Below are positions 56,804 through 64,000 of a stretch of DNA of 64,000 bases, piece after piece (within the stretch, counting starts at the first letter, position 1; every line of letters begins with the position of its first letter). The translations under genes were made by a program, and so were the position numbers. Origin of the DNA: Actinomycetes bacterium (GTDB lineage Bacteria > Actinomycetota > Actinomycetes > S36-B12); contig JBAXSI010000001.1 of the NCBI GenBank assembly GCA_037130755.1, positions 75,156-139,155 on the forward strand, given 5' to 3'. The notes beneath the pieces were generated by a model. That model made no database searches, had not been told where the DNA came from, and was given only the letters and a program-made list of their open reading frames with translations.

Positions 56804-57506
56804 CGATGGGCTGGTCCTCGGTCGGCAGATCGCCTTGATGGCGTCCCTTGCGACCGCGCATCCGGAACAGCACGACGAGGGCGAGGATCCCGAGCAGCAG
56901 AAGGATGCCGGAGGCGATGGCCAGGCCGGTGATCCACTGAGACGCATTGCGCACGGTGAAGTCGATGCTCAGCGTGACCGGCCCGGACGGGATGGCCGAC
57001 GGGTGCATGACGACGAGGGTCAACGGCCGCTGGTCGGGTACGACGATCGAGGGACGAGCGCCCACGGCCTGTACGTCCCAGAAGGTCTGCGTGCGCGGCA
57101 GCGCGGGCTGCCCTGTTCCGGGCACGTCGCGCGTGGTCCACTCGGACCCGTCGCGAATGGCGACGGCGTACGGCGTCCCCTTGACGTAGCCGTCGACCGC
57201 CTCGGTCTTCGCGGCACCGATGAACAGCGTCTGCGTCGAATCCCCGGGCTCGTCGGACGTGACCGACAGCGTGGTGGTGCCGTAGGCGCCGATGTAGGGC
57301 ACGGTGGCGCCGAACTTGTCGATGTCGAGGATCGTCGATTTGGCGGTCGAGCCGGGCGCGATGGTCCCGGCATCGAAGCTCATGAGCCCGTTCATCCCGA
57401 AAGTGGAGTAGGCCCAGATTGCGGCAGCGGCGGCGGCGCCGCCGGCCAGGAGCAGCACAGCGGCCAGCAACCCGACCAGGATCCTCTTGATCACGACGGC
57501 TGGCAT
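56796..57506 (-). CDS. Bitopic membrane protein of unrecognised family
   Basis: 236 aa. N-terminal TM (ILVGLLAAVLLLAGGAAAAAAIWA), an extracytoplasmic middle, and a C-terminal TM (ITGLAIASGILLLLGILALVVLF). 8-nt overlap with pgsA. Confidence 0.55.
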   Translation of the reverse strand: MPAVVIKRILVGLLAAVLLLAGGAAAAAAIWAYSTFGMNGLMSFDAGTIAPGSTAKSTILDIDKFGATVPYIGAYGTTTLSVTSDEPGDSTQTLFIGAAKTEAVDGYVKGTPYAVAIRDGSEWTTRDVPGTGQPALPRTQTFWDVQAVGARPSIVVPDQRPLTLVVMHPSAIPSGPVTLSIDFTVRNASQWITGLAIASGILLLLGILALVVLFRMRGRKGRHQGDLPTEDQPIDG

Positions 57507-57564
57507 CCCCTTCCTAAGGCGCGCCGGTGCGCGTCCTGCCCCACGCTACAAGTGACGGGCCCAA

Positions 57565-58317
57565 CTACAGGTGAACCACGAGGTACAGCGTGGCTCCCAC
57601 GCCGATCGCGACGACCATCGCCCGCAGCGCGTAGTTCGGGAGGCGGCGGGCCAGGCGGCCTCCCACGTAACCCCCGGGGATCGCCCCGATAGCGACCGCG
57701 AGGGCCGCTGCCCACACGACCTTGCCACTCAGTGCGAAGACCACGGCGGCGGTGACGTTCGCACTGGCCGCGAGGAGGTTCTTCGCCCCGTTGGCCCGCT
57801 GCGTGCTCGGGTCGTAGCGCAGTCCGAGCACGGCCATGAGCATCACGCCCTGCGCCGCGCCGAAGTACCCGCCGTAGACCCCGACCGCCCCTGTCCACGG
57901 CCACAGGACGTGCTCGCCGGGGGCGCGATTCGCCTTGGCCCAGCGCGAGACCAGCGGCTGCACCGCGATGAGGACCGTGGCCAAGGCGACCAGCCAGGGC
58001 ACGATGGAGGTGAAGACGCGCTCCGGCAGTGCCACGACGAGCAGCGCTCCAACCGCTGAGCCCACGACGGTCGCAGCGAGCGGCTTGGCCAGGACCTTCA
58101 GCCGATCGGCCAACTCCTGTCGGTAGGCCCAGGCAGCGAAGAACGACCCGGGTGCGAGGCCGGTCGTGTTCGTCCCGTTGGCCGCCACCGGAGGTATTCC
58201 GGCGGCGAGCAGGGCCGGGTAGACGAGCAGCGTTCCGGACCCCACCGCGGCATTGATGGCCCCGCCAGCGAAGCCGGCGAGCGCGAGCAGTCCCAACGAT
58301 CCAGCGGTGAGATCCAT
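57565..58317 (-). CDS. TauE/SafE-family anion exporter
   Basis: Start placed at MDLTAGSLGLLALAGFAGGAINAAVGSG (ATG 58317, ATGA overlap with the ABC ATPase stop). Polytopic, Gly-rich TM helices. Confidence 0.75.
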   Translation of the reverse strand: MDLTAGSLGLLALAGFAGGAINAAVGSGTLLVYPALLAAGIPPVAANGTNTTGLAPGSFFAAWAYRQELADRLKVLAKPLAATVVGSAVGALLVVALPERVFTSIVPWLVALATVLIAVQPLVSRWAKANRAPGEHVLWPWTGAVGVYGGYFGAAQGVMLMAVLGLRYDPSTQRANGAKNLLAASANVTAAVVFALSGKVVWAAALAVAIGAIPGGYVGGRLARRLPNYALRAMVVAIGVGATLYLVVHL

Positions 58318-59105
58318 CACCCCTGCGATCGCCTCGCGTACCACCGACCGCCGTCGTGCTGCACATCGAGTTGGAGGCCAAACGTCGCCGACAGGTGCTC
58401 GTCGGTCAGCACGTCTGTCAGAGGTCCAGCAACAACAACGCGTCCGCCGCGCAGAAGCAGCGCGTGCGTGAAGCCGTCAGGGATCTCCTCGACGTGATGG
58501 GTCACCACGACCTGCGTGGGTGCAAGCGGATCGACTGCCAGCAGGTGCATCCGCTCGACGAGGTCCTCTCGCCCGCCCAGATCGAGTCCGGCGCCGGGCT
58601 CGTCCAGCAGGAGCAGTTCGGGATCGGACATGAGTGAGCGGGCGATGAGGGCTCGCTTGCGCTCGCCCTCGGACAGCGTTCCGAACGTGCGGTTGGCGAG
58701 GGACTCCAGGCCCCACGCTCGCATGAGTGCTTCGGCCCGCTCGTGGTCCATGCCCTCGTAATGCTCACGCCACCTGCCGGTGACGGCGTACGCGCCCGTC
58801 ATGACGACGTCGAGGACGGACTCGCCCCGCGGGATGTCGTTGGCGATGGCGCTGCTGGCCCAGCCGACCCGTGGCTTCACCTCGTTCATGTCGACCGCGC
58901 CCATCAGCTCGCCGAGGACCTCGACCTCACCCGCCGTCGGGAACAACCGGCCGGACGCGATCAGCATCAGCGTGGTCTTGCCGGCTCCGTTCGGGCCGAG
59001 CACGACCCAGCGCTCGCCCTCACCGATCTCGAGGTCCACATCGGACAGGAGAAAGGCCGAGCCGCGGCGGACGGACACCGCTCTCATGACCACGACACTG
59101 GACAC
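58317..59105 (-). CDS. ABC transporter ATP-binding protein (no cognate permease adjacent)
   Basis: 262 aa. Walker A GPNGAGKT, signature LSEGERKR, Walker B LLLLDEP. Confidence 0.85.
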   Translation of the reverse strand: MSSVVVMRAVSVRRGSAFLLSDVDLEIGEGERWVVLGPNGAGKTTLMLIASGRLFPTAGEVEVLGELMGAVDMNEVKPRVGWASSAIANDIPRGESVLDVVMTGAYAVTGRWREHYEGMDHERAEALMRAWGLESLANRTFGTLSEGERKRALIARSLMSDPELLLLDEPGAGLDLGGREDLVERMHLLAVDPLAPTQVVVTHHVEEIPDGFTHALLLRGGRVVVAGPLTDVLTDEHLSATFGLQLDVQHDGGRWYARRSQG

Positions 59106-59157
59106 GGCCCAACCCTAGGCCGTCGGTCCGAGGGCAGCGCACTAGCGTTGGAGCGCT

Positions 59158-60396
59158 ATGACCGAGAACCCAGGCACCAAGGGGCGAACCCTCCTCATCA
59201 CGCTGTCGGGCAACGATCGACCGGGGGTCACCCGTGGCCTCTTCTCCACGCTCGCCCAGCACCCGGTCGAGGTCCTCGACGTCGAGCAGCTCGTCGTGCG
59301 CAGTCGCCTCGTGCTGGCGGTCCTCGTCCAGGTGTCCGGCGGCGAGCCGGAGATGTCGGCCACGCGCACAGCGGTGCGCCACGTGGCAGCCGACCTCGAC
59401 ATGGACGTCGAGACGGTGCCGGGTGCAGCCGAGGACGACGAGCGGCGGCACAACCGCATCCACGTCACCATGATGGGCGCGCCCCTCCTGCCCGATGCCG
59501 TCGCGAATGTGGCCGGCGAGATCGCCAGCCGCGGCGGCAACATCGACCGCATCCGCCGGATCGCGAACTACCCGGTCACCGCGATCGTCTTCGAGGGGTC
59601 CGGCGTCTCAGTGGAGGAGCTGAGACGTCCGCTCGCCACGACGGCGGCGGCCCACGGCGCCGACATCGCCGTGCAGGAGGCCGGGCTCGACCGCCGAGGC
59701 CAATACCTGGTCGTCATGGATGTGGACTCCACCTTCATCCAGAACGAGGTCATCGACCTGCTGGCCGACGAGGCTCATGTGATGCCGCAGGTAGCCGACA
59801 TCACCGAGCGGGCCATGGCGGGCGAGCTGGACTTCGAGGAGTCACTGCGAGCGCGCGCCGCCCTCTTGGCCGGACTTCCCATCACCGCGCTCGACCGCGT
59901 CCGAGATCGCATCTCGCTCACTCCTGGAGCACGGACCCTCTGCCGCACGCTGCACCGACTCGGCTACCGCGTGGCGCTCGTGTCCGGTGGATTCACCGAG
60001 GTGATCGCGCCGCTGGCGACCGAACTCGGGGTGAGCGACATCCGCGCGAACACCCTCGAGGTCAAGGACGGCCTGCTGACCGGCCAGGTCATCGGCCCGA
60101 TCATCGATCGCCTCGGCAAGCGCACCGCGCTGGAGGAGATCGCCCGCGAGCACGACATCCCGGCGCGCCGGACGATCGCCATCGGCGACGGCGCCAACGA
60201 CGTCGACATGCTGGCCGCCGCCGGCCTCGGGATCGCCTTCAATGCCAAGGCGGCTGCGCGGGCAGCGGCCGACACATCCCTCAATCAGCCGTATCTGGAC
60301 TCGGTGCTCTACCTCATCGGCGTCACGCGCGAGGAGATCGAGACGGCGGACGCTCGCGAGGGCCTTGAGACCCCCGCTCCCCCGGTTCGCCCCTGA
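59158..60396 (+). CDS. serB: Phosphoserine phosphatase with N-terminal ACT domains
   Basis: 412 aa. Two ACT-like regions, then LVVMDVDSTFIQNEVID and GDGANDVDML. Confidence 0.9.
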   Translation: MTENPGTKGRTLLITLSGNDRPGVTRGLFSTLAQHPVEVLDVEQLVVRSRLVLAVLVQVSGGEPEMSATRTAVRHVAADLDMDVETVPGAAEDDERRHNRIHVTMMGAPLLPDAVANVAGEIASRGGNIDRIRRIANYPVTAIVFEGSGVSVEELRRPLATTAAAHGADIAVQEAGLDRRGQYLVVMDVDSTFIQNEVIDLLADEAHVMPQVADITERAMAGELDFEESLRARAALLAGLPITALDRVRDRISLTPGARTLCRTLHRLGYRVALVSGGFTEVIAPLATELGVSDIRANTLEVKDGLLTGQVIGPIIDRLGKRTALEEIAREHDIPARRTIAIGDGANDVDMLAAAGLGIAFNAKAAARAAADTSLNQPYLDSVLYLIGVTREEIETADAREGLETPAPPVRP

Positions 60397-60399
60397 GCC

Positions 60400-60939
60400 T
60401 CAGCCGCGCGGCACTGTGAACGCGGACACCCTGAAGCCACGCACCGACCAGGGCGCGTCGGCCCACGCCAGGCCGGTCTCCAGGACGGCAACCGAGCTCG
60501 TGGGGAACTTGGCGGTCGCCTCCAGCTGAAGTGCAACCTCGACGCAGGTCCTCGCGACGAAGTCGCACAGCGTCGGGTTGTGGCCGACGATGACGGCGGT
60601 GCTCACGTCCTCAGGGAGCGCACCCACGATGTCGAGAAGGGTGGTCAGCCCCGCCTCGTAGATCCGCGGCTCGGTGCGAACATCAGCGTCCAGCCAACCG
60701 TCAGCAAGTCCGTTCGTGGCCCGGGCCCACGTCAACTGCGCGCGATTGGCACTCGACACGAGGATCAGAGGTCGTTCGCCCGAGGCAAGGGTGACGTTCT
60801 TCGCGATCCACGAACCGATGAACGGAGCATCGCGGCGTCCGCGCTCATTGAGCGGACGGTCGTGATCAGCGACCCCAAGCGGGTAGTCGCTCTTGGCGTG
60901 GCGAACCAGCAGCAACCGGTGCCCAGACGCGTCGTTCAT
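60400..60939 (-). CDS. Histidine phosphatase-family (SixA-like) protein
   Basis: 179 aa. LLLVRHAKSDY ... RPLNERGRRDA ... IVGHNP. Confidence 0.8.
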   Translation of the reverse strand: MNDASGHRLLLVRHAKSDYPLGVADHDRPLNERGRRDAPFIGSWIAKNVTLASGERPLILVSSANRAQLTWARATNGLADGWLDADVRTEPRIYEAGLTTLLDIVGALPEDVSTAVIVGHNPTLCDFVARTCVEVALQLEATAKFPTSSVAVLETGLAWADAPWSVRGFRVSAFTVPRG

Positions 60940-60948
60940 CAGCAGGCC

Positions 60949-61716
60949 CTAGTTCATCTGGGCGTGGATGCCGCCGTCGACGTGGACGATCTCGCCAGTG
61001 GTCGCGGGGAACCAGTCCGAGAGGAGCGCGACGCAGCCCTGTGCGGCCGGAACGGGATCCTCGAGGTCCCAGACCAACGGCGCGCGCCCATTCCACATGT
61101 GCTCGAACTCCTCGAAGCCGGGAATGCTCTTCGCAGCGATCGTCTTCACCGGCCCCGCGGCGATCAGGTTGACGCGGATGCCGTCCGGTCCCAGATAGCG
61201 CGCGAGGTAGCGCGACGTGCTCTCGAAAGCCGCCTTGGCCACGCCCATCCAGTCGTACTTCGGCCACGACACGGTAGCGTCGAAGTCCAGGCCCACGATG
61301 GCCGATCCGGGGCCCATGAGCGGCTTGGCTGCGACGGCCAGTGCCTTCAGCGAGTACGCCGACACGTGGACTGCGGTCGCGACGTCGGGCCACTCCGTGT
61401 TGAGGAAGTTGCCGCCCAGAGCTGTCTCGGGGGCGAAGCCGATCGAGTGCAGGACGCCGTCGATACCGTCCACGTGCTCGCGGACGCGGTCGGCGAGGGC
61501 GTCGAGGTCCTCCTGGTTCGTCACGTCGAGTTCCACGACAGGGGCCACCTGGGGCAGGCGGCCGGCAGAGCGCTTGGTCAGGCCCATGGCGCGTCCGAAC
61601 GACGTGAGCACCACGGTCGCGCCCTCCTCCTGCGCGAGCCGTGCGACGTGGAAGGCGATCGACTGGTCGGTGAGGACACCAGTGACCAGAATCCGCTTGC
61701 CCTCAAGAATGCCCAT
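60949..61716 (-). CDS. inhA: NADH-dependent enoyl-ACP reductase
   Basis: Only the last 255 codons of ORF 60949..62499 are real (MGILEGKRILVTGV... from ATG 61716). SIGFAPE and YDWMGVAKAAFES. Directly downstream of fabG, as in the mycobacterial mabA-inhA pair. Confidence 0.9.
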   Translation of the reverse strand: MGILEGKRILVTGVLTDQSIAFHVARLAQEEGATVVLTSFGRAMGLTKRSAGRLPQVAPVVELDVTNQEDLDALADRVREHVDGIDGVLHSIGFAPETALGGNFLNTEWPDVATAVHVSAYSLKALAVAAKPLMGPGSAIVGLDFDATVSWPKYDWMGVAKAAFESTSRYLARYLGPDGIRVNLIAAGPVKTIAAKSIPGFEEFEHMWNGRAPLVWDLEDPVPAAQGCVALLSDWFPATTGEIVHVDGGIHAQMN

Positions 61717-61736
61717 TGCCTCGCTCCGCTCGTCGC

Positions 61737-62441
61737 TCAGTGACCCATGCCGAGGCCGCCATCGATCGGGATGACCGCGCCGGTGATGTAGCCGGCCTCG
61801 TCGGATGCCAGGAACTGCACGAGGGCCGCCACTTCGTCCGGCTGAGCATAACGACCGAGCGGGACGGCACCGAGGATGTCCTTCTTGCGGTCCTCGTCGA
61901 GCGTGCCCGTCATGTCGGTCTCGACGAATCCGGGCGCGATGACGTTGACCGTGATGCCCCGTGAGCCCACCTCGCGAGCGAGGGAGCGGGCCGCTCCGAT
62001 CAGGCCCGACTTCGCCGCGGCGTAGTTGACCTGACCTGCCGAGCCGAGCATTCCCACGACGGACGACATGAGGATGATTCGCCCCTGGCGAGCCTTGATC
62101 ATTCCGCGCAGCGACCTGCGGGCCACGCGGATCGCGCCGGCCAGGTTCGTCGTCAGGACCACGTCGATGTCCTCGTCGGGCATCCGCATGAGCAGGCCGT
62201 CGCGAGTGATTCCCGCATTCGCGACGACGATGCCGATCGGGCCGTACTCCTTCTCGATCTGGTCGAAGCCGGCGTCGATCGACGCCGAGTCGGCGACGTC
62301 CATCACCACGGCCGGCAGCCCGTCGGGTGCCGACCCGGAACGGCAGGCAACCACGACGGGGATCCCGGCGTCCCTCAGTCGCGTGGCGATGGCCAGGCCG
62401 ATACCGCGATTGCCTCCGGTGACGACGGCGATTCCAGACAT
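61737..62441 (-). CDS. fabG: 3-oxoacyl-ACP reductase
   Basis: 234 aa. VTGGNRGIGLAIA, NYAAAKSGLIG, and a C-terminal IPIDGGLGMGH. Confidence 0.9.
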   Translation of the reverse strand: MSGIAVVTGGNRGIGLAIATRLRDAGIPVVVACRSGSAPDGLPAVVMDVADSASIDAGFDQIEKEYGPIGIVVANAGITRDGLLMRMPDEDIDVVLTTNLAGAIRVARRSLRGMIKARQGRIILMSSVVGMLGSAGQVNYAAAKSGLIGAARSLAREVGSRGITVNVIAPGFVETDMTGTLDEDRKKDILGAVPLGRYAQPDEVAALVQFLASDEAGYITGAVIPIDGGLGMGH

Positions 62442-63127
62442 CAGTTCTCCTCAGCTGCGTGGTTGCTATTCGTTGACTGCGCGTCCGCTGCAGCCGCATC
62501 CTCCCGTGCCGGCCGCAGCCAGATCGAGAGGGGGATGATCAAAAGCGCGAGCCAGCTGGCGATGTTGCCCCAGCGCAGCGAGACCACGCCGATGAACAGG
62601 AAGCACAGGGCAAAGGCGGGACCGCGCAGGCGTGACCTCGCGTCGTTGGCGATTGCGCCCTCGCCGATGGCCGCCATCTCCGGATGGCGGCGGATGTGGC
62701 GTCCCATGAGGCTCGCGAGCACGCTGATGAAGGCGAGCAGGACCCAGTACGCGAACACCGCTCCCCCGACGGATCCCGAGCCGCTGTCGCGCATCGCCGT
62801 CAGCCACGGCAGCAGCACGATCGCGGCCAGCCACGTGGTGTTCAGCCAGAAGATCGAGGCGTCGTAGCCGGAGATCACGTTGAGGATGCGGTTGTGGGCA
62901 GTCCACATGATCGCGACCACATAGAACGTGAACAGGAACGTGACGAGCTGCGGCCAGTGGTCGTTCATGATCGTGAGGATTGTCTGATCGCCCTCGGGCC
63001 CGGCGATATCGGTGAGTGGGAGGACCATCAACGTGATCGCCACCGCGACCACGGCGTCGCTGAAGTTGATGAGGCGGTCGACCGCCCGACCGGTGCTGAT
63101 GGACGGAGTCGCCGGCCGGCCGGCCAT
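62441..63127 (-). CDS. DUF1211/TMEM175-like membrane protein (putative K+ channel family)
   Basis: 228 aa. RLINFSDAVVAVAITLMVLPL signature in the first helix, and six hydrophobic segments. Confidence 0.7.
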   Translation of the reverse strand: MAGRPATPSISTGRAVDRLINFSDAVVAVAITLMVLPLTDIAGPEGDQTILTIMNDHWPQLVTFLFTFYVVAIMWTAHNRILNVISGYDASIFWLNTTWLAAIVLLPWLTAMRDSGSGSVGGAVFAYWVLLAFISVLASLMGRHIRRHPEMAAIGEGAIANDARSRLRGPAFALCFLFIGVVSLRWGNIASWLALLIIPLSIWLRPAREDAAAADAQSTNSNHAAEEN

Positions 63128-63339
63128 CAGACGTCCTCGAGACGCGATCCCACCTTGAGCGTCACCTGGAAGTGATCGACCTCGCCGTTGCGGATGTACC
63201 CACGGACCTGGGTGACTTCGAACCAGTCCAGATGATCGATGCTCTTGTGCGCCCGAGCGATGGCTCCCCTGATGGCCTCGTCGATGCCTGCCTTCGACGT
63301 CCCGACGAACTCGGTCAATGTGTACGTGCGATCCGCCAC
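63127..63339 (-). CDS. Dodecin-family flavin-binding protein
   Basis: Start placed at GTG 63339 (VADRTYTLTEFVGTSKAGIDEAIRGAIARAHKSI...WFEVTQVRGYI), giving about 70 aa. The ORF opens at 63387. Confidence 0.7.
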   Translation of the reverse strand: MADRTYTLTEFVGTSKAGIDEAIRGAIARAHKSIDHLDWFEVTQVRGYIRNGEVDHFQVTLKVGSRLEDV

Positions 63340-63406
63340 GGACCCTCCCTCAGCGCTGGGCGCAGCCGGATGAGCGCCCTGCCACATCTTGGCCTACCGT
63401 GGTGGC

Positions 63407-63730
63407 ATGGCGAAGGGCGAACCGGTCTACACGATCACCGGGGCCCAGCGCGCGCTCAGCGACGAGCAGACCGGCCGCACGCAGCGCTACCTCATCTCCA
63501 TGAGCATCCGCACGGCCTGCTTCATCGCGGCAGTCATCGTGCCGGGCTGGCCCCGTTGGATTCTTGTCGCCGGCGCCCTCGTCCTTCCCTACCTGGCCGT
63601 CGTGGTGGCCAATGCCGGTCGCGAGAACGACGAGCCAGGCGAGGCGCATGTTGCCGCTCTCGACCGCAACGCCCTGCCGGGCTCCAGAACGGCGCTCGAG
63701 GACGGCGGCGACCCGCACTTCGCGGCCTGA
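63407..63730 (+). CDS. DUF3099-like small membrane protein
   Basis: MAKGEPVYTITGAQRALSDEQTGRTQRYLISMSIRTACFIAAVIV followed by a second TM. The ORF opens at 63389; the ATG at 63407 is preferred. Confidence 0.6.
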   Translation: MAKGEPVYTITGAQRALSDEQTGRTQRYLISMSIRTACFIAAVIVPGWPRWILVAGALVLPYLAVVVANAGRENDEPGEAHVAALDRNALPGSRTALEDGGDPHFAA

Positions 63731-63768
63731 GCGAGACGTCCGAAATCGGCCGGCGCATAGGATCACAG

Positions 63769-64000
63769 CGTGCTGGGACTCCTGCGGACCAAGCGCTGGG
63801 CGGGATTCACCGTCACGGTGATCGTCGCCATCATCGCGTTCGGCCTGTTGAGCATGTGGCAGTGGCATCGCGCTGACCAGAAGCGCGCCCAGCGGGTGGA
63901 ACTCCAGACCGCGATCGCCGCACCGCCGGTGCCGATCGCTGCCGTGGCCCTGCCCGCCGGCGGCGGCATCACGGCTGTCGACGAGTGGCGGCACGTCTTC
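63769..64000 (+). CDS. SURF1-like membrane protein (3' end runs off the window)
   Basis: The open frame from GTG 63769 is not in the ORF track because it has no stop in the window. VLGLLRTKRWAGFTVTVIVAIIAFGLLSMWQWHRADQKRAQRVEL resembles SURF1 N-termini. Confidence 0.5.

Overview
Very high-GC, densely coding chromosome segment, by gene content an Actinomycetota genome. I did not compute the G+C value. I recognised no rRNA, tRNA, CRISPR array, transposase or integrase.

Most of the window is conserved actinobacterial core in a familiar order:
- metH (5' end cut by the window edge), a HAD hydrolase, a Cas4/AddB-like Fe-S nuclease and trmI.
- The complete Pup-proteasome system: mpa/arc, dop, pup, prcB, prcA, then pafA, two FKBP isomerases, pafB and pafC.
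- tatA and tatC, a PAS-GGDEF cyclase, a DAG-kinase-like lipid kinase, helY, a 5'-3' exonuclease, an M24 peptidase, an acyl-CoA dehydrogenase and an amidohydrolase.
- lnt, ppm1, fxsA and rbpA.
- After an accessory stretch, the glycine-cleavage and cell-division neighbourhood on the minus strand: glycine riboswitch-gcvP, MerR, DUF151 nuclease, FtsR-like MerR, GarA/OdhI-like FHA protein, gcvH, DUF881, DUF1290, DUF881, a ManC/PMM-like fusion and pgsA.
- Finally a TauE exporter, an ABC ATPase, serB, a histidine phosphatase, fabG-inhA, a DUF1211/TMEM175-like protein, dodecin, DUF3099 and the start of a SURF1-like gene.

The accessory stretch (about 30.8-45.7 kb) holds the most unusual content. Four adjacent plus-strand genes (35629..40756) are built almost entirely from 14 copies of one cytochrome b5-like heme-binding module, arranged 3 + 2 + 8 + 1. 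All copies are predicted to lie outside the membrane, via three Sec-type signal peptides and one 4-TM anchor. Thirteen of the 14 keep both axial His ligands, and all 14 keep a conserved Cys pair. No CXXCH motif occurs in any of them.

I interpret this as a candidate extracytoplasmic heme-b relay ('b-type multiheme wire') or a heme-capture array. Next to it are a YcnI/CopC copper-handling pair, a His-rich membrane protein, and on the other side a divergently transcribed Cys-rich secreted protein of unknown family.

The many long ORFs antisense to real genes are treated as high-GC artefacts.
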